From Chrysomallon squamiferum (lineage: Eukaryota > Animalia > Mollusca): a stretch of DNA of 64,000 nucleotides. The first letter of the stretch is position 1, and every line of letters begins with the position of its first letter. Below, in pieces: positions 1 through 16,343 of this stretch. The translations under genes were made by a program, and so were the position numbers. The stretch covers positions 15,500,001 to 15,564,000 of the forward strand of contig CM022670.1 in the NCBI GenBank assembly GCA_012295275.1. Reading direction: 5' to 3'. Below the pieces are notes generated by a model. It was not told where the DNA came from and did no database searches. It was given only the letters and a program-made list of their open reading frames with translations.

Positions 1-87
1 TTAAACTGAACACAGTTATAGTCGTCCAGATTTTGTTTCTCATTATTTTTTGACAACTGATTCCTATTCATTATTTTTTCTTTCCAG

Positions 88-2240
88 AGCAAACACAGCA
101 GTGTAAAAATAATCATGGCACCCTGAAGACGTGTTGAACAAGGCAGCCATTGAGAGTAGATAATGACGACATCTCAAGAACCAGTACAGTTGTCTGCTCT
201 CTTTATTTTTCATCCGTTACCACTTCACATCACTCAAGCTGTATCAAAAGCTGTTTTTGTTTCACTGATTGCTGTTAAATGTTATTCGTTGCAATACATG
301 TAGATATACACTGTTAATTTTACTAGAAAATCATTTGCTCAGTTTGCAAAGGTAACCAGTCTTTTAGTTTACTTGTACATTTTGTTTAGTCTAATCATGT
401 TGCAGTCTTTTCTTTTATCAGTGTTATTTTTTAATTATGCTAGTGTCTCACTTTTAGTGACATAGGAAGAACTATTTTTGTTATTCAGTGGCTCCTTTTA
501 TTTTGCTCATTAAACTTGCTAATCTCCTCAGTTTAGCTATTACATTTATTTTTGTGTTACTAGTAAGATGACTTGAGCAGTTAATAGGTTCCTGTCAGAT
601 GCTTAACAACTATTTTAAGAAAGGTCAAAACTGAATTTATTTGGTTATTTAACACATAACAAAAATAAATAAATAACCTTTGCAAATGTATTTCTATTTA
701 CTCTTCCATTTTTAGTCAAATTTTATTAGTGAGTATTTTATAGACGTTTGGTTTTTTCTCCTTCTTCCTTGCATTTTATTTTAAATTAATTGTGTGTATG
801 AACTGTTTTTGTTTGAACATTTCATTTAAAATGACATTGTAATTAATCACTAATGTTTCATTTTCTTTCCTGTGTAAATTTTCAGAGGGATTGGAATACT
901 ATATTTCATTGTTAGATTTTCAAGCTCATTTTTTTAATCCATTATATTTGTTGGAATTTTCATTTTTCAAGAAGTACGTTATTGTTAGTAAAACTCAGTA
1001 ACTGAGTGAACTGAACTTGAGGATGTCGTATAATATTCTGAAAAACAAAAATTTATAGATTTTTTTTCTGTATATAAGGAAAATTGTAAATTCATTCACA
1101 TAATTATATATAATATTGTTTTTAAAAGCTTGCCATCTTTTTAGTGTTTTTATGCATGGAAATATATGTATAGGACCAATTTGATGTTGGCAGACATAAA
1201 AAGAGTGCCTGTCTTTTCTCTTTTATATATATATGTGTGTAAATCATGAACAATGAAATGAAGCTGTATGAATTTATGAAGTTATTTATGTATCTGCTAG
1301 TTGTAGACAAAAGCAGTCTTTGTTTTGTAAAATCACTTGTATCTAAATATGATTATATGGTCATTTCATGTCCAGCTTTTATATACATGTATATATATAT
1401 AACTATATTATATTAACATTTAGCCATATTCTTAACCCATTTTACATTTTATACACACAAAAAAAAAACACAAATGAAAATGGAAAAAAAAGAAGTTATT
1501 TTCATGGTTGTAAACTATACTGTGGTTTTTTAATTATATATAGAAGGCTTAAATATGTAGATTTAAGGGCATATTTTGTTTTAATTATTTTCTTTATTAC
1601 ATTTTCCTTTTAAATTATACAAATGCCACAATACTAATGCAATTGGTGCTTATGGAAATTGTGTACAAGCTGGACATGTTATTTTAAAATGAATATCACA
1701 CAGATTTTTGCTTTCCATACATTCATTGGTTGTTGTGGTATAAATTAAGCTGTGGTGTAGTGAACACATTCTGTAAAGTTGAACTGCCAGTAATTTTTTT
1801 TTCAACTTCTGCATCTTCTGGCAGTAACTTGAAAGATTTTTCAAAGCAAAGTGTATTTACTATTTAGTGTTCTTTTTGCACATTCATTTACAGTTAAATC
1901 TTTTTTATTTACAACTGATCATGTTCCAGAACCAGTAAGAGAGAAATGTAATATTCCAGATATGTCAGACTTAATCCACATAAATAGATTAGCAGAGATA
2001 TGCTATAGACATGTCTAAATATTGCATGTACAGGTATTTTCTGTTTGGTAAATTTATGAATAGTGGTTGTGTATCTTTGTGGACAATATGCATTTAACAC
2101 TAAACCACAGCCACACAAAATATCAAACACAATTTCATTGCCTTCTAAAGGTAAAGTTTTATAGACTGCTTTTATTAGTTAATTTACAATACCCATTTTG
2201 TAGATGGCAATGAGCTAATTAAATCAGGACATACAATAAA
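88..2240 (+). other. Probable terminal exon and long 3' UTR of a gene starting upstream of the window
   Basis: Pyrimidine tract and ttccag acceptor ending at 87; all three frames stop within about 50 nt; about 2 kb of T-rich sequence follows; AATAAA at 2235-2240 is followed by a GT-rich tract (ttggttggtttgttc). Product not identifiable. Confidence 0.35.
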
Positions 2241-3434
2241 TATCTTTGGCTAAATTTGGTTGGTTTGTTCTTCATTTTTTAGCATTTTTGTTTATATATA
2301 ATTCCTTCAGTAATACGATAAATTAGTTGAGAGAAATTGTAATTGAAAAAGGAATATCATTCATTTAATAATTAATCTGCCTAAACAAAAACGATCTACA
2401 TGTTTTCTAGGTTTTAAATAAGGTAATTTTTAACCGACAGAAAAGAAAACACTATCCCTTTAAAGATTTTAATAAAACTAGATCCATTGTTAATTGAAAG
2501 TAGCCATTTTAACTGAATTACTTACTGGCACATTAATTCTGAGTGGGTAACCTAAAACACGTAAACACTTTAATTAAACAGTGTCCTCAAGACCAAATAT
2601 CTTAACAAATGTGTAAAAAATATATAATACTAGATTATTCAAGTTTTGATAAACACCAGTATTCAAGGGTAAAAATTATTTCATTGATATTTTCCAACAA
2701 ATGTTCAAGAACTACATAAACATTGTTCTCATATCAGACATTTATCTTTCCATACACACCATTTCAAATACTTATATGGCAGTCAGAGTATCAAACAAAT
2801 ATCTAAGATCGATATTAAAACACATGGTCATTAACGAAAACTTTTAAAATTAAATACAAAATATCCAAATCATTTATTCAGTTATTTTTTAAATACACAT
2901 TTCAATTTCCTGGCAGGTTTTAATCTTTTCACTAAGACACCATCTAAAAATGCAGTTTAAAGTTTTACATGTAAAATTAATTATTTTCATAAAACAAACA
3001 AAAAGATTTTGTATAAAAATATATTTATTTCACTGATTGCATTTTCTTTCAAAATAAAACTGCTGCCTTTTTCCACCATTTCCACACCTACAAAAGACAA
3101 ACAAGTTTTATTAGTGACCAAAATAATCATTGATTCCCACTGAAACAAAAAAAAAAAAAGTTTTTCATTTTTTTTCAATTGTCAAATCTTTAAAATTACA
3201 AAGCTGATATATTCAGATGCAATTTAAATAGTAGAAATAAAAAAAAAAATTATTTATTTAATTCCTTTTATTTATAATGTGGAACAAATGAAAAAAGTGA
3301 AATTACATTAATCAGTCTAGGTAGAACATTTACCTGAAATAAAATAGTTGATATATAAATGTGTCAATACCAACTTATTTTATACATACATACCCGTTAA
3401 AAATTACATTTTCTTATCTTCCAATCATCTTTTT

Positions 3435-3466
<32 letters not shown>

Positions 3467-3643
3467 AAAAAAAAAAGATCTACTACAAATATCAATATAT
3501 ATATATAAAGGGATTTTATCCAAAGTAACCCAAAATTTGATCCCATAAGAATGAAATTTTCTGCAGCCAGATTTCTGGCTTAATTAAATATACCATCATG
3601 CACATTTTCAGGCTTTGCATTTTATGTATTTATTAAGTTATGA

Positions 3644-3684
<41 letters not shown>

Positions 3685-5501
3685 CCCTAATAAATGTTGG
3701 TTAGTCTTCACATAAAATGCAAGGTCTGTTTTTCAAACATTTTATAAATGATTTAAAGAAATAAAATTTTACATACATTCTAAATTTATTCTTTAATGTT
3801 TTAATTTTACATCATACACATCAAATTTAATGTTTATTTCATTTATTTTAACAATTACATAATAAAATGTTTATCATATTTAGTTTTAAAGTTTTTATTG
3901 GTATGAACTACACAACTACATTTATTCTGGCTATTTTAAGACACCTGGTCACACTTCAGTCGACCGATGTGGTTAATTGAAAACATTAAACATTCACGTT
4001 ACCTGTTTAAATTTTGTCGAAATCCAGTTTTATTTTTGTTCCTTCGTTACCTCTTATGTTTTAGGCTGGTCATTCTGCAGCATTTCATCTCTTTATTTGA
4101 TAAATAATTGTTGAACTATGGCAACCTTCACTCCTGTAGGTATCTTGTTTATTTAAATTAGGCTTCAGAATATTTGCACGTTGCAACTTTTTCATCACAA
4201 ACTAGCATTATGCAAGACTGGGGTTTATGTACCGTTATTTCCATCATTCAATTTTTTTATTAATATATTTTTCTTTCGGAGGTTAAATCATATAAAATAA
4301 TTCTTTAAAAGTTTTTATATTTTTCACATTTAGTTTATTATCTATCACTTTTAAAATAAAAACGATACAAAACTATTGTGTAAGAAGTGGTACAAGTGTG
4401 GTACAGTACAGAAATTAAAGATGCACTGAAAAATCTTGGTTGTGTATATCACAGAATATTTATTTATTTTTTTTTTTAAAAACCTGTTCAGACAGAAATT
4501 TTAAAATGCTTTTCTATTCTAATCCTCTTTTGGTTCTTTCAGGCCTAACCTTTAAATGAAATTTAATCTGCAGTTTTTAGGTGTACAGAAGACCAGCTTA
4601 GTTTCAAAAAATTGTTTATAGCTAGTTATTTTCAGTAACACTACGTTTGAAGCAGTTCACTTGAGGATGCTAAATAAAATTCGTAGATTAAGTGTTTATT
4701 ACACAGTATAAACAAAACAAAACTGGGCTGTCAACTGTTCACAGATTATTTTTCTACTTTTTAATATTTTATTTTTTTTACTGTTGGTTTATCAATGATA
4801 ATGAATTTTGTTTCATCTTCTTGCATTTAGAAGTTTGACAAGTATTTTGTTGTTTTTTTTATTTTCATAATATAACTAGTTATTTGGAAAGTTGGCAGCC
4901 CATAAACACACACAATGACATTTATTTGATATTTTACATTTCGACTAACAGCTAAATTTATCAGTACGAGCATTTGACATTTTAAAATCAATTTATTTAG
5001 CACATGATTACAATAACAATACAAAAGATTATTTTAGCGCTAACATTTTACAAGTAAAGACATTAATCCTGTTATATAAAATACATGTAGAGGAAACATT
5101 TAGGGGGTACTAAAAACATTTACAATTCTTTATTCTGTCATTTACAATACAATTTTACCTTTAGAGACAAAGGTTAATTCCTGATTTATTATTATTATTA
5201 TTTTATTTTTTTAAAGTTAAAGACATTCCTACAAAATGCGACAACCTTAACATTTGGTAATTGTTTTAAAACTTAGAAATGTATACATTTTTATGATCTA
5301 TTATTATAGCCTTATTTGCTGTTGGGCATCTTCCCCCATTTCATTTCATTTCAAAAACATGATTTCCCCCGTAGTCCATTAAAACCTGCCGTGCCACTGT
5401 AAGGGCACAAACTTGTATGTATGTACCTCAACATTTAAACTGTTCATGTGACAAGACAAACGATGAATGATTCGAATGATGGTAAGCACCAAGCTCAACA
5501 C

Positions 5502-8500
5502 TTAATATGCGCCTCCACCTCGGGGAGCTCCGTATGGGTGTGTCCGTGCTCTCATACCACGCCCTGACGTTGGCTTCACTGGACCACCGCCAGATGTCCA
5601 TCCACCACCTAAATAACAACAGTTTAGTGTTTTAACAATCCTATCATCTGCACTGACATGTCCAATATATAAAAATTCAAATAATTAACATTGGTTGGTT
5701 ATCAGAAAACTACATCCATTTATATATAAAAAAAAAAAAAAAAAAAAAAAAGGTAACCTCTTGAATGCTTGTCGCAAGTAATGGAGACTGAGATGGGCAC
5801 CGACAACCACAACCAGCACTATGATCTTGCATTGATCTGTGGCCAGTTTGAAGTGTGGACAACCCCAATACCAAGAAAAACACTTGGCACAAAGAGCTGT
5901 ACGGCAGAACAATCTACACACTTATTTTAGGGCCACAGTGAAATTATACAGATAAATAAAGCTGTTTAAATCTTTTCATACATGACTAAGAAAATTAAGA
6001 ACTTCCACACCATATTCAGTTTTCATATTAACAATATCATCCAGTTATAACTGATGAAAATTTTTTGACTATATAAGTATTTTTGAATGTCAGAATTTGG
6101 TTTTAAAAAGCTGAGAATATAATTGTACTGTTTAAATGAAAAATAAACTTACTGTAATCTTCATAACCCCCAGCACCTGTTCCTCCTGATCCATGCCCAT
6201 AATCAAAATACTGCGTGTCACTAAAAGTAAAATGGAATAATTTATCTAGCAAAGAAAAAACAAACATAAGTTTCATTAAATCTGTTTAATCAGATACACA
6301 ATCAGTATAAAAATAGGCAGTTGGTAGATACAGTCAAATCTGAATTATTACCTTGCACCACCATATGAAGGATCAAAATCTCCTTCTCCATAACCACTTC
6401 CGACACCTGCACTAGCATATGGATCTTCAAATCCCTGTTGAAATAAAACATGATTACAACTTTATCTTAGTATTTACACAGTATTCCTGAATATTTAAAA
6501 CAACGATTCAGACAAAGAATTCTCACTCTGTAGCAAAATGGGCTAGTAGACAAATACATTACATAGTTAGTTGGGAATCTTTTGTAAGCAATCAGTTTTT
6601 TCCCCACAACTAATATTCAGTTTGAGTCAGCTTTTTTACTTTTAATAATCCTAGTTTTCTTAAATCATGGGGACAGTGGCCCATTTGTTGAATGTTAATA
6701 CATACACCAGCATTGTAAGGGTCTTCAAAAGCAGCTCCTTCGCGAGGAACACCACGACCTCTCGCTGCAGGAGCACCTCTGGGCATGCCCCGAGACATGC
6801 CCCTTGGTGCCGGAGCCCCACGTCCTACAGGAGCACCCCTGAAAAAAAAACAGAAAAAAATCATGTTATTTAAAGCTGTTTAAACATAGGAATACAGATC
6901 GCTTATACTCCAAAATACTAATCTACTTTTTAAATGGATATTAATTTATAAATGCAAAAAGGATCCCAGTAAATAAAATAGAAAAATTAGAAGATTCCTT
7001 TTGTAGTAATTTCATCAATTTATGGCAAGTATATATATAAAAAACCTATCATTTACTGTATTCCAGTCACACTGTATTTACCTTCCAGCTGGTGAAGCAC
7101 CTGGTGGGCCTCCACGTCCTCTGGGGGCTCCACGAGGTGCACCCCGGGCTCCTCTGCCACCACCCCGTGCAGGTGGTTGTCCATTAGCCATATACCCCAT
7201 CATATCAAACTGCTGCATACGAATCTCATCATTGTATTCCTACAAGCATTTTAAAACCTGATAATACTGGAAGTAGGATGTGTATGTTACTGTCAAGTGC
7301 CTACTGGATAATAGTTATTTAGATACTTACATAATAAATAACATCTTACAATTTGGACGTTAAATGTGAACACTCACAAAAAACAGCTCAAGAAGAAACA
7401 ATAAAATAAAAATTTTATGACTTTTCAATATGTACTCACTGGTACTAAATATTTCTTCAGTTCTGCTAAACCATGTGCTAATCTGGCATATGCATCTGTG
7501 TTTTCAGAGAATACCTCCACCAAAACATGAAGGTCGTCATTTAAGTGGGCAAATTTTCCACCCTCTTTGCGACATTCTTCTTCCTTTGAAATCAAACAAA
7601 TAACAGCTGATCACAAAAATTATTAATGATAATTCAAGTTAAAAAAAATGGACTGACTTTCCACAATAATGCTACCTTGTATGGTCGTCTGGGTTGTTTT
7701 TTTGTTTTTGTTTTTACCAAAGATGTTGCTGTTTAGATAACAAATAGAATTATTACATTGGAAATTATTAACTGTATTTATATATATATTAAAAGACAAA
7801 ATACAGATTAACATGCTTAGCATAAATTATAATATTTAGTTCATTTGTTATTTCTGGTTGAATAGTGATGAACAGCGTGCCTTATAGTCATCTGGTTCCG
7901 ACAAAAGCAAAAAGCAAAGACAGAACTGATGGTACAACTCACCTTATTTTTATCTCGCATTGAACCTTTGCCTAAAATTGACATTTTTGTTCCTGTCTCT
8001 TCTTGTATTTGTTTCAGGGAAGCTCCCTTTGGACCCAGTAGTTTACCAACAAAATTATACTTTAAAAAAGAAAATAAAAAATTTGAAATTTTAATCTTTA
8101 TCAAAACAAAAACATTATTAAACATGTACACAAACATATATACTTCACTATGCAGGAACATTGAGGAAAAAAAAAGAAGCAAGGAATGTTTATAAATTGT
8201 CACTAACCTTTGGATGTTCCTTAACGGGAATGCGGACTCTGACAGCAACATGCTGTGGCTGATCATGGTGGATAGTTATCCATGGAATGATCCTATCTTT
8301 TGATTCTCCTTTTTCAATTCTTGAGATTTCTGTAACAAACAAAAAAACCACTAAAATTACTTCTGAATTTCAGTATTTAAAAAATACATGACACAGTCAG
8401 TCACATATCACTGGGTCTTTTTTTTATATATATAATTATGGTCCTTTTTGACATTTAAAAATAATGCAGTATAAAGTAAAATCAAAAATAACAAATGGAC

Positions 8501-9942
8501 ACATGCATACACATATTACTTTGTGATACTGAATACTTTTTTGCATCCAGTTTTAATATGGATAAATGATACATTTATAAAAATTCGCAAGATCTATGTG
8601 GCTAATGAGGGAAGATCTGCAAAAATCTGTCCAAGAGCAATCTTAGAAATTATTTCTTTGTAAACACTGTAGCAGATTCAAAAAAATAATAAACATATGC
8701 ATGGTAACATTGAAAAAAAAAAAAAATTACTAACAACGTTAAAGACATGAATGAAATAATGACATTAAAGAAACTGAAATTTATACAGTAAGATCTCATT
8801 AGGACCCGAGTACATCATGACATGAGAAATAAGGTGTGTGATTAAACAGAACAGCAAGATATAAACTTTCGCATGTAGTATAGTTGTAGACTCAATAATT
8901 TTTCCCCAATTAATGTTCTTGTAAATTGCCAATTTGTTTCCATGTTGGATGCTGCATGTCAACTACACACATATAAAAAAACGATCAAAGTATACATCAT
9001 GTTTATGCATGTCAGTGCAATATGCTTTACATACATCAATAATGCCAACTCCGATTTAATTTGCAAACAATATTTACTTTTCAATATTTGACCACATTTT
9101 ATTAATAATGGTACTTGTAGAAGTTGTACATACACAGTAAAAAGGTTTTGAATCAATTACATGTTCCTTTTGCTAAAACTGATCGTCTTTCCAGCAATGT
9201 TACCATCATGAAGATCAGCTTACAGTTTGTCATCTCCAGCAATTTATTCACGATGCAGTCAATTTGTTTGGTCTTCCATACAAATAATGATGAAATCTGA
9301 TTTTCATGATTTTTCCAGCACAAAGTACTTTGAAAATCAAATTTAAGAAATTTAGAGAGCACTTTCAATGACTTAAACATACCCTGAGACAGGCCTACTA
9401 AGTTAATTAGGTTGAAGATTAGTGGGCATGCTCATCTGGATCTGATGTCAAACATCAAAATGAAATATTTGTCCAAAAAAGGTAACATTTTTAATACTCT
9501 AACAACCAAAGAACCAAAGGCAAATTAACAATTAAAAGATAAACTACTTCTAAATGATTATGAAGTGCTTAACATCATCAAAGATATTATCTTACTGTTA
9601 TCAACTGTGTCCTTTAACTTCATCAAAGGGGCTGAGACTATTCCAGTGGAATATCATAACAGATCAATATACCAAGTTATCAAGAATAGGTGAAACTTAT
9701 TCATTAATGTGAATTAAACATTTCGACCACATAGTTATGTTTATATTTAGAGCCGAACATTCCAGAATTACCCAATAGTTCCAAAGTTTTTTAAATATTT
9801 TATTTGTTGGTGCTTTTTACACACAATGGCCATTTTGTAGAGATCTCAATTTTTAAGGGACCATTCTGAAGTACATTTACACTGATATGTGAAGCCAAAG
9901 TTGATAAAATCATTCGTCTGTGCTAATATATACACAGGGTAA

Positions 9943-9983
<41 letters not shown>

Positions 9984-11915
9984 CACATACATACATATTT
10001 TTATAGATTTGTAACTACCTTACTAGTCCTACAGTTTTTATGCCAACTTGGAAAGACTTGGATGATGGAATAAATTAGAGCATTTTAAACAAGAGTATAT
10101 TAAGAACATATAGACAAGAACTAGATGGATAATGAATTGTACTGTAATAGTACTTACAAAGTTACATGCGGTGTATGGTGTTGTGAGTATAGTAGAAACT
10201 GAATTTCCCTTTACTAAGTGACTTAAGAAAGACATATTTTGGTTTTGGGAGCTTGTTTGAATGTGGACACTGTGAGGCACATATCAAACCAAAAAGGAGA
10301 CTCAACAAGGAAATGTAGTATGTTTTGAATACATGTGGCTATTATATCATCACAGTCCAACTGAAGTAATGTGAATATTTTTTTTTGCATTATCAGGTAT
10401 CAGAAATAAACAGCTCAAAGTCAGATCTTCAGATTTTGTGCAGAAGGTCTCGGCTGTCTTCAATAGCTTACTAAAAAGTGGTGTGCTTAAACAACATCAT
10501 AATGATAATTTTATTCACCAACAAGATCCTTTAAAAAAAAAATATATGGAAATCATGTTGTGGTTCAGGAGAATCAATATGATCAGTCACTTTCTGACTC
10601 ATAGGGAAAGTACTCTGGCAGCCATGATTTATCATATAGTTTCAATGAAAACATTTGACTAGATCTTTCTCGGGCACTGGCTTAGATTGTGTTATTGCAT
10701 GAAGTTTCAATTACACTTTTTAAGAGATTAAATGTTGCTGTTACCAGTGATATTTTTTAAAGGGATCTTATTTGAAAATAGTAGACTCTTTACAAAATAA
10801 AATTATTTTATCAAGCTTTTCTTAGCAAAGACCGTTATACTGGATACATAGAGGGCAAGTTAACTTTTGTATGGTCAAGACTTTTTAAGCAAAGAAAATT
10901 AACCCCATCAGCTTAAAATGTAGTGTGATAATAATGTTCAAAATGCAGTTTGGAGAAACATACTGGGATGGATCACTACCCGACTGAGATTACACTTTTT
11001 TTACAACAGAAACTGAGAAGGTAATAGCTGAGCAATAAACACAAAAATAAGACTTCAAATTTTCCATCCATGAAGTTTTTATTCTGAAAGGACCCCAAAC
11101 TGTGAATAAATCAAGCATTCAAAAGTTAGAAAATATAGCATTGCAGAACAAAATTACAAGCATTTTGCAATTTATAAACAACATTTTCAAAAATGTTTAT
11201 CAAGCGAATCAAATAGACCAATCAGAATGATTCCCAAGCATAGCTAGTAATGTTTAGAAAATTCAATTTTTTTTATATAATATTAATATATAAATTTAAA
11301 TCATTAAATTTCTTAAACATATGACATTCTAAAAAAAAATCAGTATCTTTGCATAAGGTGAAAGACAATTAATAGTAATACTAATAGTAATACTACTGAC
11401 GTACTATACTTATAATACTAAGTTCCCATCAAGTTATCTAACAATACCATTGTCCATTTCGGGTGGGGGGCGAGATTTAATTTTATTCATTCATAATGCA
11501 TATTCCTAAAAGATAAATGTTTATAAAACGTCTGAAGTTGATGGGGGAGAACGACCTTGCGTCTACAGCTGAACCCACGTGGTGGAAATGATCATTTCCG
11601 AATTTTTACATGAACATTTTGTACGGTTTCAGTTTTTTAATTTGTATTAAGCAACCAACAGAAATTTATTTTTAAAAATTAAGAAGCATTCTAACACAAT
11701 ACATCACAGAAAATATTCATCTTTACCCTATCAAACTGTAAGAAAAGGAAAATTAAAAACAACATGGCGTCGTTTCTTATTTTAAAGTACCATGTCCTTT
11801 GTTTCTGTAACTCACCCTGAGATAACAAGCGACCTGAATGTGAACTTGGGTTTGTCTGTTGCATTTCCATTTTTAGCTCTTCCAAATAAGCATTTGGCTC
11901 TGGTTTAGCAGCCAT
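5502..11915 (-). CDS. KHDRBS: KH domain RNA-binding STAR protein, KHDRBS/Sam68/SLM family, 343 aa, 9 exons
   Basis: Phase-consistent GT-AG exons: 11915-11816, 8329-8208, 8059-7943, 7583-7440, 7239-7082, 6838-6706, 6434-6352, 6220-6153, 5608-5502 (1032 nt). QUA1-like YLEELKME; KH core [50 protein letters not shown] and [13 protein letters not shown]; QUA2-like NDEIRMQQ; RG/RGG-rich and Tyr-rich regions; C-terminal RTHPYG resembles the Sam68 PY-NLS. Confidence 0.93.
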
Positions 11916-12015
11916 TTTTTCAAAAGTTTTTTGGTTCTAAATAGTAAAACAAGTTCCTTAAAAAAATCCCACCTAATGACCGAGAGCTTTTTACCTCACC
12001 GGCTGGTATATCAAA

Positions 12016-12060
12016 GCGCATGCGCGAATTTAATTTCCCGTTCTTGGGTGATGATGGCGG
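12016..12060 (-). promoter_or_regulatory. KHDRBS proximal promoter: NRF1-type palindrome and YY1-like core
   Basis: Perfect GCGCATGCGC at 12016-12025, about 100 bp upstream of the ATG, in a small CpG-rich patch; gATGGCGG at 12053-12060; another AACATGGCG at 11761-11769 in intron 1. Confidence 0.6.
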
Positions 12061-12206
12061 GAACTTGACGCCTACAGTTGCGCGCTTCTTCATAATTATT
12101 CCATTCGTTGTTATAAATGTTTAAAATAATAATAAGGTATAAATTAATCTGAAATCGCAAAAAGTTCACTGTTCTACATTTTGTTCATTAAAAATGATAT
12201 ACATAC

Positions 12207-12244
<38 letters not shown>

Positions 12245-12321
12245 GATGTATTGGGCAGAAATCTTTAAAACTGCATTATCATTTATACTGTTAGTATTAG
12301 TAGAAATGCTAATGCATTTCA

Positions 12322-12352
<31 letters not shown>

Positions 12353-12516
12353 GTCAAATGAAGGTGTAAAAGGAAAATACTTTTTGAAGATATCTATAAT
12401 AATGTAGAACATACAGCATTTGCATTTCAACGTTTTCAAAAATTCAAAAGTCCACCTGAACTAAGTCACCAAAAACATTTCATGAGATATCTTTATCAAA
12501 TTTACTTCATCTAGTC

Positions 12517-13366
<850 letters not shown>

Positions 13367-16105
13367 ATCTAGTCAATAAAGAAGGTAGCCTTACTGAGTT
13401 AAATATGTTTTGGGCCTGATTCAATTGATAGATGAACATGAAATTGTTCCCGAGTAAGACTGGCATTTGCAAATAGGTAATTTTTCTATTATTTTGATGT
13501 TCACTTCTGCAGACCACTAAAATAGAGTTGTCGTTCGTGAGTTGTTATATTTCAAGAATCGGGCACCACCGCTTCACTTCAAAAGGCTATTAATCAGTAA
13601 ATCTGCTTTAAAATATTCAGTAAATTAGCTTAACATTTTGCAGTTGGGAAGTCGCCCCATTAATCAAAAAAAAAAAAAAAAGAAAAAAGGAGGTAGCGAA
13701 AGCCCCTAGTGGCCATAAGTTTTAGCGGGTAATAGTATCGCTACTCATTTACTAATTTAGTAATTACTTACTTACCTGTTACTAATTTTACTTGATAGAA
13801 AAGGAAATCTATCAAAATAATTGTTCAGCATCATTGAAAGGTTTCTCTTCTTTTTTTTATTATTTTTTTTATTCCCCTTGTTAAAAATCAGTGCTTGTTT
13901 TGTTTTGGGGGGGATTTTTTGTTGTTGTTTTTGTTTTAACTTTTACTTAAATCGAAACGCATCTTTTCTCGCATAAAACCTGAATGACAATGTAAATATT
14001 AAATTTATTAAATACTCTGCATTGTTCCGTGGATAAAACATAAAAATTAATTTTAGAATATAAAATCCCATAATAATAATCATTAACAAATCCAAACATT
14101 CTTAACGTTTTCATTTTTTTATTATAATTATGGGCCAATTTCAACAAAAATAGCACTAGATTACCGATCTAATTTGGCTATGAAATAATAAAGTATCAGT
14201 ATTTCAGTTTAAAATCAGTTTATAAAACTTTCATAGTATATACTAAATGTTTTGTTACAATTTTCATCTGAAACACAGTGTATATAAAAAAAAAAAAAAA
14301 CCCCAAAGCCACCATCAATAAGAATCATGCGAGACAGAACAGCAATTTTAATATTTTCCTAAATTCCAAACATATTTTTATTTATTCTGATAAATTTTGA
14401 TCAGTTATTTCAAGCATTGTTCCATGACCAACACACATAAGAATGGGTAAATAAAAACTTAGCTCTTCTAATTCTGATGAAATTTTTTGTGTAAGGTAAC
14501 TGGGGCTGAAAACATTTCCATTTATCACATTTGGATAAACAGTGTCCGAGATTTGGCAATTTTGACTAAAAATGTATGTTGCCACTAGCATTCAAATGAT
14601 CATTGCTTAGCAATCAACTGGTCAGTTTTATACGTTGGTATGTAACTAAAAAGAGTTAATTTCATAAGGATTACAAAAACTGCATTATTTTTTTAAATTG
14701 GGATAATTTCAAGAGCCATGACCCGATGAATTTTTCATTGCTGATGTGGATCACATAACCTTGAAATGACCTTTATTTTACCATGTTTTCTACATAATAT
14801 AAAATAATTGGAGTTTATTTTTCATGTTAATTTTGACTAAATTGTACACTAAGAAACAGATGAAGCCCATTTCCTATCCAAGACCAAATCTGGTTTATCA
14901 AAGACCATCATTTTCTTACCACTGAGAAGTTGCATGTAAAGAATATTTTGCTGTTAGCAGGGGGATGGTGCTGATTCATCATGCTTCCAGCATGATCGTC
15001 TCTGTAGTATTTAATTATTCAAGCATGTGATTTTTGAAACCATATTTTTTCTTTATCTCTTCATGTATTTATTACCTTTATCATTTTTATTTATTTATTT
15101 TTATTTATTTGTTTATTTATTTATTTTACACAGAAATGACCCTGAATCTATAAGAAGTGAATGATAATAAAATTTCAATAATGAAAAACATGACAAATAA
15201 TTTAAAAGCTTTTATTGAAGGTACTTAACAGAAAGCTTACATAAACACAAACAAAAGCTGGCCAATCCAGCAAAGCAGGTGTTTCCTTTGTTTGTACACC
15301 AGTGGACTCATTTCCTCCATATAAATGGAAACCTGAATTGTTTTGAACTGTTTGCTTGAAATAAATATTAAAAATTAAATGAGATACATCTAAAATAGGA
15401 ATATCAAACAAGACAACAACAGATTCTGAATACTATTACTAAACAAAATGATGTCTGAAATCACTGTGATTTTGGATAATTATTGACCTATTCTGCTTGT
15501 ATCAACATCATGCAAACAAAAGGAAACTAATTTAGAAAACATATCAAGCAAATTAACACTAGCAATTTAAAAAAAAAAAAAAAAAAAAGAGAGAAATATA
15601 CAAACAGCATCTGAACAGAGAACTTCCAAATATTCAAACAAAAGTTTATCTTTAGTCACCATTTTTAAAATTGTTTTCAAATTTAATTCTGAAAGGGGGT
15701 GAATTTAACAAACTAACCTTAAGAACTGAGAAAATAATCAAATATTTATTTGCAAGATTATCAAACCATCAGCAGTGCTTTATATTTGTGATGACTTGGT
15801 CCCATATTCTCATCTTAGAGTATGTCTATTTAATGTGGACTTGCACACATATTGGTAGATAATTTAATCCATTGGACTATTCTTTTATTTAATCTTATTA
15901 CTTGTACAGTTTTTACTGGTGTAATGGCAAAACAAATTTAAGAAGAAACCTGTCACACTAAAATCATTTTACTCTTGGTTATTAAAAATAAAACAAGTGA
16001 AGATTAAATGTATTAAGGTACATTTTATGTGGCAAATAATTAAAAATTATGTTAATTAACATTTAACAGCAAATTAACATCTTGAAGTGTAAATTTATCT
16101 TATCA

Positions 16106-16198
16106 ATTAATTAAAATTTATCAGGTTAGTATATTATAATCTTGTGTGGGAAAGATTTCTAATTAATTAAAATTTATCAGGTTAGTATATTATAATCT
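16106..16198. repeat. Short tandem duplication in the ODC 3' UTR
   Basis: aattaattaaaat(t)ttatcaggttagtatattataatct occurs twice, about 55 bp apart. Confidence 0.7.
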
Positions 16199-16343
16199 GA
16201 TGTTGAAAGGTTTCCATTATAATATATATGACTGGCACTTATACAAGAATGAAAGAAACAGAAACCCTAAACAACAAGAATGAGACAAAACTGTAGATCT
16301 ATAACCCAAAAGTAACAACTATAGTTCTAGGGAAAAGAAAACT

